A stretch of DNA of 53,649 bases, taken from the NCBI GenBank assembly GCA_045863855.1, contig BTVV01000035.1, positions 1 to 53,649 on the forward strand, written 5' to 3'. The position numbers and the translations under genes were made by a program. The DNA comes from Planctomycetota bacterium. GTDB lineage: Bacteria; Planctomycetota; SZUA-567; H5-PLA8. The notes below the pieces were generated by a model, which was given only the letters and a program-made list of their open reading frames with translations, did no database searches and was not told where the DNA came from. Of this stretch, positions 7,724-18,100 are shown in pieces (within the stretch, counting starts at the first letter, position 1; each line of letters starts with the position of its first letter).

Positions 7724-10068
7724 TGGGTCTGATGAGTGCTGGATTCCTCTTCGCGGCTTTGGCCGCCGCCGTTCCGGTGGCGATTCACCTGATTCACCGG
7801 CAGCGCTATCCCGAGCGCCCGTTCACCACGCTCCGTTTCTTCGATAAAACCATCAAGCACAATACGCTGCAGACCCGCTTGATCGATAAGATATTGCTGG
7901 CGCTGCGAGTCGCGGCGCTCTTGCTGGTCGCCTTGGCGCTCGCGCGCCCGTACGGCGCATGGAATTTCGGCGAACAACGCCGCAGCGTGGTGCTGGTGCT
8001 AGACAATTCGCCCAGCATGGGCCGCGGAGTCAAGGACGAACAGCTTTTCGCGCGAGCCAAAATCGCCGCATCGGCCGTGCTGGCCGAATTGGGCGCCACC
8101 GACCGCGCCGCGCTGGTGTTGACGGCGAACGTCCCGCGCCGCGATCGTTTTGCCCGGCGCAGCGAGGCCGAAGCCGCGCTGGCGCTGCGCGAAGGACGGC
8201 CCACTTCGCTTTGGGTGGACGGACCCGGCGGCCGCGCGCATTCGCTGGCCGAACTCACCACCGATACAGCGCGCTTGCGCGATGCGTTACGGGCGCTCCC
8301 GGAAGATACAGCGGTCGAACTGGGCGGCATGGAGCCTGCACCGGACGGAGAACTGAGCGCCGAACTTGAAACCGTTCGCGAACGCTTGGACGGTACCGCC
8401 CTCTCCGCGTTTGCGGGCGATCTCCCCGCGGCCCTCGCGCGCGCGAAAGCGTTACTCGCTCACTCCACCGACGCCGGACGGCGCATCGTGGTCTGCTCCG
8501 ACATGCAAGCGTCCGAATGGTCGGCGGCCGGCGCATTGGAACTGGATGGCATCGAACTCGCGGTGATCCCCAGCGTGCCTGGCGAATCGGGCAATAATTT
8601 GGCGCTGGAGCGCATCGACCTGGAGTGTGCCGAGGCTCCGTGGGGGCAGTCCGTGAACGGAACGGCCGTCGTGCGCAATTACGCCAAGCGCGCGTCCGAT
8701 GCCGCGGTTCTGACCGTGATCGGCGCCGATCGCGGACGACCGGTTGAAATCAAAGTCCCGCCCATGGCCGCCGGACAGACCGTGCACCTGGGTTTTGCGC
8801 TTCCCGTCACCGGGCGCGGGCGCAGCATGCTCGCCACCGCGCGTTTGAACGGACTCAGCGATCCGTTCGCGTACGACGACGCATGGCATTTTCAGGTCGG
8901 CCTGCGCCAGCCCGTATCGGCGCTCTGCGTCAACGGGCATCCGGCAGAACGTCCGAGCGATCGCGAAACCTTTTACCTCGCGAACGCGCTCGCACCGCGA
9001 AGCGAAGGCGCCGCCCTTGAAGCCGCCGCCGACGTTCGCGAATGCGAGGCCGGAGACTTGGGCGGGCAGCAACTCTTTCAATACGGCACGATCGTACTGG
9101 CCGGCGTCAGCCGGCTGGAGCCGGCGGCGCTCGAAAAGCTGCGCCAATTCGTGAACGACGGTGGCGGTTTGCTCGTCTTTCCCGGGATCGATGCGGCGCC
9201 TGCCGACCTGAACGGCTGGGGCCTCTTGCCCGCCAAGGTGCTGGATGTGAAGCGCGCCTCGTTCGGTTACCTGAAGGATGTGGACACGCGCTCGGCGGCG
9301 ATGGCGGAAGTCAAATTGCGCGCCGGCGCCGAACTCCACGCCCTCAGCGCTCACACGCGGGCCTTTCTTGAGCCCAATGAGAACGCACGCGTGCTGGCGC
9401 GCTTCCAGGACGATCTCCCCGCTTTGGTCGAAGGGCGCATGGGCCGCGGGCGGGTGATCCTAGCGGCGGCAGGTTGCCACGTCACAGCCAGCGATTGGCC
9501 GCTACGTCCGGCCTTCGTAATCCTCGTTCGCGCGCTGGTCCGCGCCTTGGGCGATCGCCAAGGCCCGCTGCCGCTGGCCCTCGACCGCCACGTTGGCTTC
9601 GGAGCGAGTATGGCGATCCCGGGCGAACTCGCCGAAGGCACACCCGCGGCTTTTTTTCATACCCATTCGACCGAAGGCCACGAACAGTACCAGCCCGAAA
9701 GCTGGCTGCGTGCGCATGCCGGCGTCGCGCTGCCCGTCGCTTGGATGGAAGGGCATTACAGCCTTGCGGTGCGCCCCGGCCAGACCGCGGGCGTGCTCGA
9801 AGAACCCGGGGTCGGCGCCTTGAGCGTCCCGCTGTCTTTCAATCGACGTCCAGGCGAAAGCAATCTGGAGGCCTGGAACGCGAAGGATCTGGCGCAGCAT
9901 CTGCCTGACCTCCGTGTGAGCGTGATCGATCCGTCCGCGCCGGCGCAGGCTTTGGCCAGCGGATCGGCCAGCCGGGAATGGGGTCGCTACGTGCTAGGCT
10001 TTGTGTTGGCGCTGCTGCTTTTCGAATCGTTCCTCGCATGGCGCTCCGCCAGCGAGGCGGAACAGTAA
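7723..10068 (+). CDS. BatA-domain / vWA membrane protein with Ig-like and GATase-like domains
   Basis: BatA N-terminus (AAVPVAIHLI..F.TLRF...LLALR...LALARP), MIDAS DNSPS, VVCSDMQ, LRQFVNDGGGLLVFPG, SDWPLRPAF, ESNL and a C-terminal TM (LLLFESFL). TGATG overlap with DUF58. Confidence 0.9.
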   Translation: MGLMSAGFLFAALAAAVPVAIHLIHRQRYPERPFTTLRFFDKTIKHNTLQTRLIDKILLALRVAALLLVALALARPYGAWNFGEQRRSVVLVLDNSPSMGRGVKDEQLFARAKIAASAVLAELGATDRAALVLTANVPRRDRFARRSEAEAALALREGRPTSLWVDGPGGRAHSLAELTTDTARLRDALRALPEDTAVELGGMEPAPDGELSAELETVRERLDGTALSAFAGDLPAALARAKALLAHSTDAGRRIVVCSDMQASEWSAAGALELDGIELAVIPSVPGESGNNLALERIDLECAEAPWGQSVNGTAVVRNYAKRASDAAVLTVIGADRGRPVEIKVPPMAAGQTVHLGFALPVTGRGRSMLATARLNGLSDPFAYDDAWHFQVGLRQPVSALCVNGHPAERPSDRETFYLANALAPRSEGAALEAAADVRECEAGDLGGQQLFQYGTIVLAGVSRLEPAALEKLRQFVNDGGGLLVFPGIDAAPADLNGWGLLPAKVLDVKRASFGYLKDVDTRSAAMAEVKLRAGAELHALSAHTRAFLEPNENARVLARFQDDLPALVEGRMGRGRVILAAAGCHVTASDWPLRPAFVILVRALVRALGDRQGPLPLALDRHVGFGASMAIPGELAEGTPAAFFHTHSTEGHEQYQPESWLRAHAGVALPVAWMEGHYSLAVRPGQTAGVLEEPGVGALSVPLSFNRRPGESNLEAWNAKDLAQHLPDLRVSVIDPSAPAQALASGSASREWGRYVLGFVLALLLFESFLAWRSASEAEQ

Positions 10069-10082
10069 CAGTAGGAGCTTGA

Positions 10083-12380
10083 ATGGCGGAGTTGCTGGTA
10101 CGCGTGGCGCTGCTGTTGGAGGGCGCGTGGGATTTGCTGGGCGAGCGCCTGGCCGAGGCGCGCTGGTCGCTGGCCCCCGGCGGAGCCGCCGTGCTGCTCG
10201 TTGGTTCGGTGGCTGTAGCCGTGCTCGCGGTGCTTTGCTATGCGCGGACGCGCGAAGGGCTGACGCCGCGGGCCCGCGTGGGTTTGGGTCTGCTGCGTGC
10301 CGCCGGACTGCTCGCCCTTTTGATCATGCTCAGCGGAGCCGTCTGCGAAGTCTCCGTGGCTGCGAGCCGCAAGCCGCTCCTGCTGGCCGTGATCGACGAC
10401 AGCGCCAGCATGAATCTGCCCGAGGCCGGACCTGACCGCCGTGCCAGGGTCGAACAAGCCTTAAACGAAGGCGGTCTGCTCGCCCGCCTCGAAGCGGATT
10501 TCGAAGTGCGCAAAGTCTACACCTCGGGCGATGCCAATCCGCCGGCCTCGACGGCAGACGCACCGCCGCAAGATCTCGCGCGCAATCTGGTCCTCGCCGC
10601 GAACACCGGCCATGGGCGTCCGATCGCGCATCTTCTGCTTTGCTCCGACGGCGTTCAAACCGACGGCAGCGATCTGGCGCGCGCCGCCGGCGAATTGCCC
10701 GCTCCCGTCAGCACGCTCTTTACCGGCGAAGCGCTTCTGCGCGATCTGGCGCTCGGGCCGCTAACCGTGCCGCCCTTTGTTTATCGAAAAGATCGCGTGC
10801 GGGTGGCGGCCGAAGTTCTATCAGACGGCATGGAAGGGGAAGCTACCGTGCGTCTCTATCACGAAGACGCGGCCGGAGAGAAGGAGCTATCTGTCTTGCA
10901 GGTCCAACTCGATCCGAGCCAGTCCGTCGTTGCGCGCATGGAGTTCATCGCGCCCGAGGCCGGCACGCATCATTACCGCATCAGGATCGATCCGCAGCCC
11001 ATCGAACATACGGCACGCAACAACGAAGCGCGCTTCAACCTCGACGTGCGCGCCGAACGCATCCGCGTGCTCTTCGTCGAAGGCGAACCCAGTTGGGAAT
11101 ACAAGCACGCCAAGCAGGCGCTGGAAGGAGACCCGGCGATTCACTTCCACGGTCTCGTGCGCCAGCCCGGCAACGAGTGGATCTATTACGGAGACGCGGT
11201 GCGTCCCGACGGCAAGCCCGTCCTGCGTGAAGTGCGCGGCGGATTTCCCGGAACCGCCGACGAACTTCAGTATTTCGATGTCCTCGTCATGGGCGATCTG
11301 GAACGTAAGCTGCTCGAACAGGGCGAACGCTTCGTCTTGCTCGATGAATTCGTGCGCCGGCAGGGCGGGGGACTCGCCACGCTGGGCGGTTATAAGGTGT
11401 ACACGGCCGGCGATTATCAAGAAACGCCGCTTGCGCGCATGCTGCCCGTGCGTTTGTCGAAGGAGAAGAAGCTTCAGTTGATCAACCGGTTCAACGTGGA
11501 CGTATCGACGCAGGGATTGATGCACCCGCTCATGCAGCTCGAATTCGATCCCCTGGAGAACCAGAAAGTCTGGGCGAAGCTTCCCTGGGTCGAAGGCGGC
11601 AACGCCTGGAAATCGATTAAGCCCGGAGCCACGCTATTGATGTCGCACCCGACGCTGCATACCGCCAGCGGTCCGCGCCCCGTCGCGGCCGCGTGGCGCT
11701 ATGGCGCCGGCCGCGTCTACAGCACCGCCCTCGACGGAACCTGGCACTGGCGCACGGCGCGAGAAACCGAGCAGGACTACCACCGCCGCTACTGGGGCCT
11801 CCTCGTCCGCTGGCTGGCCGGCGATCCGCGCCAACGCTCCACGCGTTCCAATTTACTGATCGACGATCCGGTCCTCGAAGCCGGACGGATGGCCACGGTG
11901 AGCCTCCATCTGCGCGACGCCACGGGCCAAGCCCCGACCGATGCGCGGGTCGATTTCTTCGTCGAAGGCCCCGACGGTCCGCTCCTGACCACGCGGGCCG
12001 CCGCCGAACCCGATGCGCCGGGCCGCTTTGCGCTGCGCTTCGTCCCGCCCGCCGCGGGACATTACACGGTCAAGACCAACGTCACCGTCGGCAGCGAACA
12101 GCAGCCCGCGCTGGAGCGCACCTACGTGGTCGGGCCGTCGCTGGCCGAAGTTCGCCGCGTCTCCGGCGACGCCGAGGCGCTTCATGCGCTCGCGCAAGCC
12201 TGCGGCGGGCAAGCGCTGAATCTGGAGGATCACGCCCTGCTGGAAATTCCCAAGGCCTCAGGCAGCGTCGAAGTGCGCGGGGCGGTCGTGGAACTCTGGC
12301 ACGCGCCAGGCCTCTGGTTGCTGATGGCCGGCTGTCTGGGGCTCGAATGGCTGATGCGCAAGCGGCGAGGGCTTGCGTGA
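10083..12380 (+). CDS. vWA + glutamine-amidotransferase-like membrane protein
   Basis: N-terminal TMs, MIDAS DDSAS, LLCSDG, RNNE, RVLFVEGEPSWEYK, FVRRQGGGLATLGG, YGAGRV..TWHW, C-terminal LGLEWLMRKRRGL typical of MoxR-operon proteins. RBS AGGAG. Confidence 0.88.
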   Translation: MAELLVRVALLLEGAWDLLGERLAEARWSLAPGGAAVLLVGSVAVAVLAVLCYARTREGLTPRARVGLGLLRAAGLLALLIMLSGAVCEVSVAASRKPLLLAVIDDSASMNLPEAGPDRRARVEQALNEGGLLARLEADFEVRKVYTSGDANPPASTADAPPQDLARNLVLAANTGHGRPIAHLLLCSDGVQTDGSDLARAAGELPAPVSTLFTGEALLRDLALGPLTVPPFVYRKDRVRVAAEVLSDGMEGEATVRLYHEDAAGEKELSVLQVQLDPSQSVVARMEFIAPEAGTHHYRIRIDPQPIEHTARNNEARFNLDVRAERIRVLFVEGEPSWEYKHAKQALEGDPAIHFHGLVRQPGNEWIYYGDAVRPDGKPVLREVRGGFPGTADELQYFDVLVMGDLERKLLEQGERFVLLDEFVRRQGGGLATLGGYKVYTAGDYQETPLARMLPVRLSKEKKLQLINRFNVDVSTQGLMHPLMQLEFDPLENQKVWAKLPWVEGGNAWKSIKPGATLLMSHPTLHTASGPRPVAAAWRYGAGRVYSTALDGTWHWRTARETEQDYHRRYWGLLVRWLAGDPRQRSTRSNLLIDDPVLEAGRMATVSLHLRDATGQAPTDARVDFFVEGPDGPLLTTRAAAEPDAPGRFALRFVPPAAGHYTVKTNVTVGSEQQPALERTYVVGPSLAEVRRVSGDAEALHALAQACGGQALNLEDHALLEIPKASGSVEVRGAVVELWHAPGLWLLMAGCLGLEWLMRKRRGLA

Positions 12381-14236
12381 TGACGCCGCTCGACGCCAAA
12401 ACCGCTTTCGAAACGCTGCGCATCCGCGTGCTGGAAGTCGCGGCGCTTAAGCGTGCGTGTGCGCTGGCGCACGGCGCCGGGCGTTTGCTATGGATCGTCG
12501 GCTTTCCGCTGCTCGTGCTGACGGCGCTGGAAATCTTCGTGGGTCTCCCATTTTGGCTGCGCGCACCGATTCTGCCCGCCGCCGGCCTGGCCGCACTGTT
12601 CTTCGCCTGGGCCGGTCTGGTGCGCCCGATGCGCGAACGTCACACCGCCATCGGCGCTGCGCTGCTCGTTGAAGCGCAACGCCCCGACTTGCTCAGCCGT
12701 CTCGTCAGCGCCTTGCAGTTGTACCCCGAACTGGAACAGGAACGCCCGCGCTTCGATGCGACGATGGTGCGCGCGCTGGTGATTCAGACGCAGACCGCCA
12801 CAGCCGGCGAGGACTTTCGCGCGGTAATCGACCGCCGCCCGGCGCGCAATCAGGCCCTCCTGGGTGCGCTTGCGCTCCTCGCGTGGGGCCTGTTCAGCGC
12901 CGTAAATCCGGCAGGTGTGAGCGAGGCCTTCCGCTCGTTCGCGCACGCTTGGGAAGATGTGCGCAACGCGATGCTCAAGGCCGCCGGCGCCAAGATCGTG
13001 ATCGAACCGCTCGAGCGCGAAGCTTACCTCACCGGATCGACCGTGTGGGTGCGCGCGCGCCAGGAAGGCTTTCTGCGCGGCACGATGACGGCGCATCTGC
13101 GCACCGAAGGCAGCGAGACGTGGTCCACCGAATCGATCGCCGTGGACGATTCCGGCCGCGGGCACTTTGAAGCGCGCGATCTGCGCGAGTCGTTCGAGAT
13201 CTACTTTTCGGCCGGAGCGATCGAAAGCGAGATCGTACGGGTGCCGGTCACGGATCGCCCGCGCATCGTCAATCTTGAAGTTGTCTACGAGTACCCCGCC
13301 TACGTGCGCCGCGCGCCGGCCCGCGAAGCGCGCAGCGACGGCAATCTTTCGGCGCTCTTCGGAACATCGCTCGTCTTGACCGTCGAAGCGAACGTGGAAC
13401 TGAAGGCGGTGCGCCTGATACCTTCGTACGGCGGCGAACCCGTGGTGTTCAGTGTCGGTGGACGCTTTGCGAAAACGGTGATCCGGCTCGAGCGCCCCGA
13501 GTGGCTCGCCGATCCCGCACCCGAGATTCAAGCTTCGTATACCCTAGAGATGGCTGACCGCTTCGGCTTTACCAACACCGAATCCGATCGCCGATACGGA
13601 TTGCGTATCCAGAAAGATGCCGCGCCCAGGCTGGGCTTCTCCGGAGTGCCCAACCGCTCGCCCGAGCACGAGCCGCATATCACCGACAGCAAGTTGGGCG
13701 GGGTTACGCTGGCCGTAAAGGGGTCCGACGACTTCGGCTTAGCCAAGGTGACGCTCCACTATCGCTTGGAGTCCTTGGACACCGGCGCGCTGAAGCGCGA
13801 AGATTCCGTCGTGCGCGTCTTCTCGCCACCGGTTCCCGACCTTCCGCATCTGGGGCTCGTGCGCTTATCCGATCTGGGCGCGCAGGTCGGCGACCGCGTG
13901 GTCTTCTGGGCCGAAGCCGAGGACGCCTACGACCTGGAGCCCGGTCAGGGACCGCACCGCGTCAAGACGCCCGCGTACCGCATCGCCGTGGTCACCGAAG
14001 AAGAACTGTTCCGCGAAGTCGTCAACCGCGACGAGTGGACGCCCAATCTGTACGACTCGGTTAAACGCACATCGCTTTTGAAGCGCGAAGTGCCTCCGCG
14101 GCTTTCGCCGGAACTGGAACCCGCCGCGAAGGTGGCCGAGAAGTTGTTGAGCATTCCGCAATCCAATGCGCGCATGGGACGCGCGGACGAACTGCTTGTG
14201 GAGGGCTATTTCGAAAGCTTGAATGCTTCCGAATAG
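12380..14236 (+). CDS. DUF4175-like membrane protein (short form)
   Basis: ATG 12380 overlaps the previous stop (TGATG). TMs, AALLVE...L.SRLVSALQL, YEYPAY, DDFGL..V.L.Y, GDRV.FWAEA.D and C-terminal VEGYFESL. Confidence 0.75.
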   Translation: MTPLDAKTAFETLRIRVLEVAALKRACALAHGAGRLLWIVGFPLLVLTALEIFVGLPFWLRAPILPAAGLAALFFAWAGLVRPMRERHTAIGAALLVEAQRPDLLSRLVSALQLYPELEQERPRFDATMVRALVIQTQTATAGEDFRAVIDRRPARNQALLGALALLAWGLFSAVNPAGVSEAFRSFAHAWEDVRNAMLKAAGAKIVIEPLEREAYLTGSTVWVRARQEGFLRGTMTAHLRTEGSETWSTESIAVDDSGRGHFEARDLRESFEIYFSAGAIESEIVRVPVTDRPRIVNLEVVYEYPAYVRRAPAREARSDGNLSALFGTSLVLTVEANVELKAVRLIPSYGGEPVVFSVGGRFAKTVIRLERPEWLADPAPEIQASYTLEMADRFGFTNTESDRRYGLRIQKDAAPRLGFSGVPNRSPEHEPHITDSKLGGVTLAVKGSDDFGLAKVTLHYRLESLDTGALKREDSVVRVFSPPVPDLPHLGLVRLSDLGAQVGDRVVFWAEAEDAYDLEPGQGPHRVKTPAYRIAVVTEEELFREVVNRDEWTPNLYDSVKRTSLLKREVPPRLSPELEPAAKVAEKLLSIPQSNARMGRADELLVEGYFESLNASE

Positions 14237-14258
14237 CCGGTGTAAGAAAGGAGGAACG

Positions 14259-15149
14259 GTGCGAAAGACGATTTGGACGGCCGCGCTCGCGTGCGCATGC
14301 GCCGCGTCTTCGCTCGCCGCGGTCGAGGAAGGCGAAGATTGGCGCACGACGCTTGCCGAAGCCGAAGCCGCCGGCGCGGCGGAAGCCGCCGATACTGGCA
14401 TCGTGGGGCTTTCCGCAGACGAACTGGCGGCACTGGCCGGCGAAGAAACCGCAGAGGCCGCCGACGAGGAAGTCCCCGAAGACTTTATTCGCAATCGCCG
14501 CCGCTTCGTTATGCGCGAAATGAAATTCAACGCCGACTGGGACACCGATCCCACTGCGGTACCCGCGTTCGTGTATCAGTTCCAGCGCCGCACCGGCATG
14601 GATGCCCAAGCGCTGCAACCGCGTAAACCGCTCACTTTCGACGATCCCGAACTCCTCGATTGGCCTATGGTCTACATGACCGCGCACCACGCCTTCACGC
14701 TATCCGACGCCGAAACCGCCGGCTTGCGGAAGTTCCTCGATCGCGGGGGCTTCGTCTTCAGCGACGATTGCCTCTACGGCATGCCCTACGGGCCGGCTTT
14801 TCACGGCGAGATCAAGAAAGCGCTCCCCGAAGGCGACTTCAAACCGCTCAACGATAAGGTGGAAGGCGTCTCGATGCTGCTCAAACAAAAGTACGCGTGG
14901 ACGCATGTCAGCGAAACGGGCCTGCCGATGAAATTGGGCAACAATCCGTTCGAGTACGTGCTCGTCCACGGCCACCTGGGGGTTCTCTACACGCCGCCCG
15001 ATCTGGGCTGCATGTGGGAAATCAGCAGCCCGCCAACTCCGTCTAATCCGCTTGGCGCGGGCATGCACAACATGGATATGGAAGCCGGTAAGCGCGAAGA
15101 CGCTTACCGCATTGGCGTGAATGTCATCCTGTACGTGATGACACACTGA
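14259..15149 (+). CDS. DUF4159 domain protein, secreted
   Basis: GTG start after AAGGAGG; signal peptide; acidic linker; DW.TDP.A, DPELLDWPMVYMTAH, LRKFLDRGGFVFSDDC, DLGCMW, AYRIGVNVILYVMTH. Confidence 0.9.
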   Translation: MRKTIWTAALACACAASSLAAVEEGEDWRTTLAEAEAAGAAEAADTGIVGLSADELAALAGEETAEAADEEVPEDFIRNRRRFVMREMKFNADWDTDPTAVPAFVYQFQRRTGMDAQALQPRKPLTFDDPELLDWPMVYMTAHHAFTLSDAETAGLRKFLDRGGFVFSDDCLYGMPYGPAFHGEIKKALPEGDFKPLNDKVEGVSMLLKQKYAWTHVSETGLPMKLGNNPFEYVLVHGHLGVLYTPPDLGCMWEISSPPTPSNPLGAGMHNMDMEAGKREDAYRIGVNVILYVMTH

Positions 15150-15152
15150 GGA

Positions 15153-18100
15153 ATGCTCATGTCGCCGCAACGAGCGCGCCTAATGCTGCTGATGCTGGCC
15201 GGGTTGATCCTGGCCGCCGCGCACACCGCGCGGGCCGGCGAAGCCGCACCCGAACCGCCCGCGCTCGAAGTTCGCTTGGCCGCGGGAGCCGCCTATGCGG
15301 AGGTGCCCGTACGCTTCAACGGGATTCGCGTGGAGGAAGGTGGGCGCGCTTCCGTTCCGGTGCAGCGTGAGTTCCGCGCGCCCGTCTGGGGCCATGGAGT
15401 CGCGCCGGTGGCCGTGGAATTTCGAGCGCTTTCGCGGGGCGAAAAGCGCACGGTCCGCTTCACCGGAAAAATCACCGACTATGTGGGCGCCGAACTGGCG
15501 CCGCTCGATATCCGCGTTGATCTCGATCCCGGCCAGGAAAAGGTAACGCCGATCGAGATTCAACCCGCTAAGTCGCACCAGCCTCCCTTCTATGTGCGCG
15601 GTGAATGGGGCGTCGTCGGCGGTCCGGAGCACGGTAGGCTGGAACTCCGCGCGGGTTTGGCCAATCAGCGCCAGAATTTGCACAGCTTCGAAGAAGTTCG
15701 ATACTTGCCGGGCGAGAACGCGCTGGAACAGTCGCCCGAAGCGCGCAAAGCCGGCCGCTTGGGCCTGAAAGTCACACTCCCCGAAGCCGGTCAGACCGGG
15801 CAAGCCGCGCGCAAACCCAAAGGCAACAAGAAAGAAAAGCCTTTAGAAGAAGACAAGGCGTTCATTTCTTCCGTCCAGGTGCCGTTGAATCTGCGCCTGC
15901 CCGGCCGCGCGGTGAAGCTGGGCGTCCAAGTCAAGTCCGGCCAGGCCGTAAAGCTCACGCTGGTGCTTCGCGATCCCGGCGTCGAATTCAAGCAAGCCAA
16001 CGCGCCCGATATTTGGCACGTCGGCCCAATCGAAGTAGCGGCCGGAGATTGGCGCGAGATCGTGCTGCCTGTCCCCGATTTCGGACCGCCTCAAGCCGAG
16101 GCCGTCTCGCACGGGCAAGCCAACGGCGTCGTGGACTATCCGCTCGAAGCCCTGCACTTCATCGTCCAAGGTCCGCCGGATGCCGAAGTCTGTTTCGACG
16201 AGGTGGGCGTGTGGACCCAGGCCTCGCGCGGCGACGCGCTCGCGCTGCGCGTCATGACCGACAAACCTTCGCGCCTGCTGTACACGCACGACACGCTCGC
16301 GCTTGCCGTGGGCTATGGGTGGCTGGACGGCCTGCCCGCCGAAGTGAACATTCGCGCACTGCTGGAAGATCACGCCGGCGCGCGCATCACGCTCTTCGAA
16401 GGTCGGCAATCCATTCCATCCGGCGGCGAATGGTACGCCGAACTCCCCATGCGTGGACTGAAGCTGGGACCGTATCGCTTGGTGGTGGAAGCCAGCGCCG
16501 GAGAAATGCTGCGAGCGGCGCTGCCGGCTTCCTCCGAGTACCTCGTCTACGAACCCTTCGGCAAGCGCCTGGACCACGCAGAGTTGCATACCCTCTTGAA
16601 AGACCGCAACCGTCTCGTCGCCGAATTGGGTTTCAAACACGATCAGGTTCCCGTCCCGTGGCACAGCACCGACGGCAGCCCGTCGGTGGAACCCGAGCAA
16701 GGCGTCTGGGACTTCGGCTGGATCGACCCCGCCTGCGCTCGCCGCAAGGAATCGGGGCTCGAAGTCCTCGGTGTGCTGGGCTTCACCGCGCAGTGGGCGG
16801 CGCCCGGAGGGAACTACATCCAGCGCAGCAACGCCTGGTTCGGCGATACGCTTGCCCTGCCGGCGCGCAAAATTTACTGGGAGGAATACGTCTTCCGCAC
16901 GCTGCGGCAGTTCCAGAATTCGGTGGACACCTGGATCGTCTGGGACCACCCCGAAGAGCTGAACGGCGAGAAGGCCAAAGCGACGCCGCTGGAATACACC
17001 GAGCAGTTGCTGGAAGTCGCGCGCGAAGCGGCGGACCGCGCGCATCCCGGCGTCAAACTCGTCAGCGGAGCGGTCTCGCGCACGCAGATCGAACCGTACT
17101 TGCTGGGACTCGCGGAAGCCGGAGCGCCGCGCTTGCTCGACGGCATCGGCATCAGCCCCACCACTGCACCTCTCGCGCCGGAAGACGGTTACCTCGACGT
17201 GACGCTTGCCCGCGCGCAGCGTATCCGGGCGCAGGAGCGCATCGCGCCTGAACTATGGGTGCTCGGTCTGGATTGGGCCACGGGCGATCAGCCCGGACAA
17301 GTGGGCGAACTGGACCAGGCCCGCATCGTGCCGCGTGCCTACGTGCTCTGCCGTGCACAAGGCATCGAAAAGATTCTGATCAAACCCGACGGTACCGACG
17401 CCCGCCCGCGCCGCGACAGCGCCGATCTGATCTACCCCGACGGCGCATTGCACGGACTCAAGCCTGCGGCGCTCTCGGTTCGCGCCGTGCGCGCGGCACT
17501 CGAATCGGCCAAGCTGGTCCGTGAAATCTTTCTTAACGACCGGTGGGAAGGCCTCGCCCGTGCGTTCCTTTTTAAAACCACCGACGGATCTTTAATCTTG
17601 GCCGCCTGGCGGCGCGAAGGCCGCAGCCTGCTCCTGCTGCCGGCCATCCCCGATCGCGCCCAGGATGCCTTCGGCAACGCGCTCGAACTGGCCGCTTCGG
17701 AAGGCCGGACCGCGTTGCCGCTGAACGAAGCGCCCGTCTTCGCGTACTTCAAAGCGCAGCCGTCCGATGAACTCGCGCGCAAGCTGGAAGACAGCCCCGT
17801 GCGCTTTGAAGATGCCGCCGAATCGGCGTGGAAGCAGCAGGTGGTCTTTCATCTCGACGTGGGCAACGAAGCCGATGAACGCGCGGCCAACTACAGCGCG
17901 ACCGATGCGCGCCTCGTCGGGCCCCTGGACAGCTACTACCACAGCGAGTACGGCACGCGCGTCGTGGACAGTGGGCGGCACTTCAAAGGCGAGGAACGCT
18001 TCACCATCGAAACCGCGCCCTTCGGCGACGCCGATATACTTCTGCGCAAGCGCATCAACTACAGCGTTCCCGATCAACTCGTGAAGGTCTACTGCAACGG

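Noticed and set aside
11693..12379. Long N-terminal extensions given by the ORF track (11693, 26888, 29587, 20095, 3058)
   Set aside because: They overlap upstream genes out of frame, mostly with Arg/Pro-rich nonsense-like sequence. Downstream starts give coupled junctions, an RBS or clean signal peptides.
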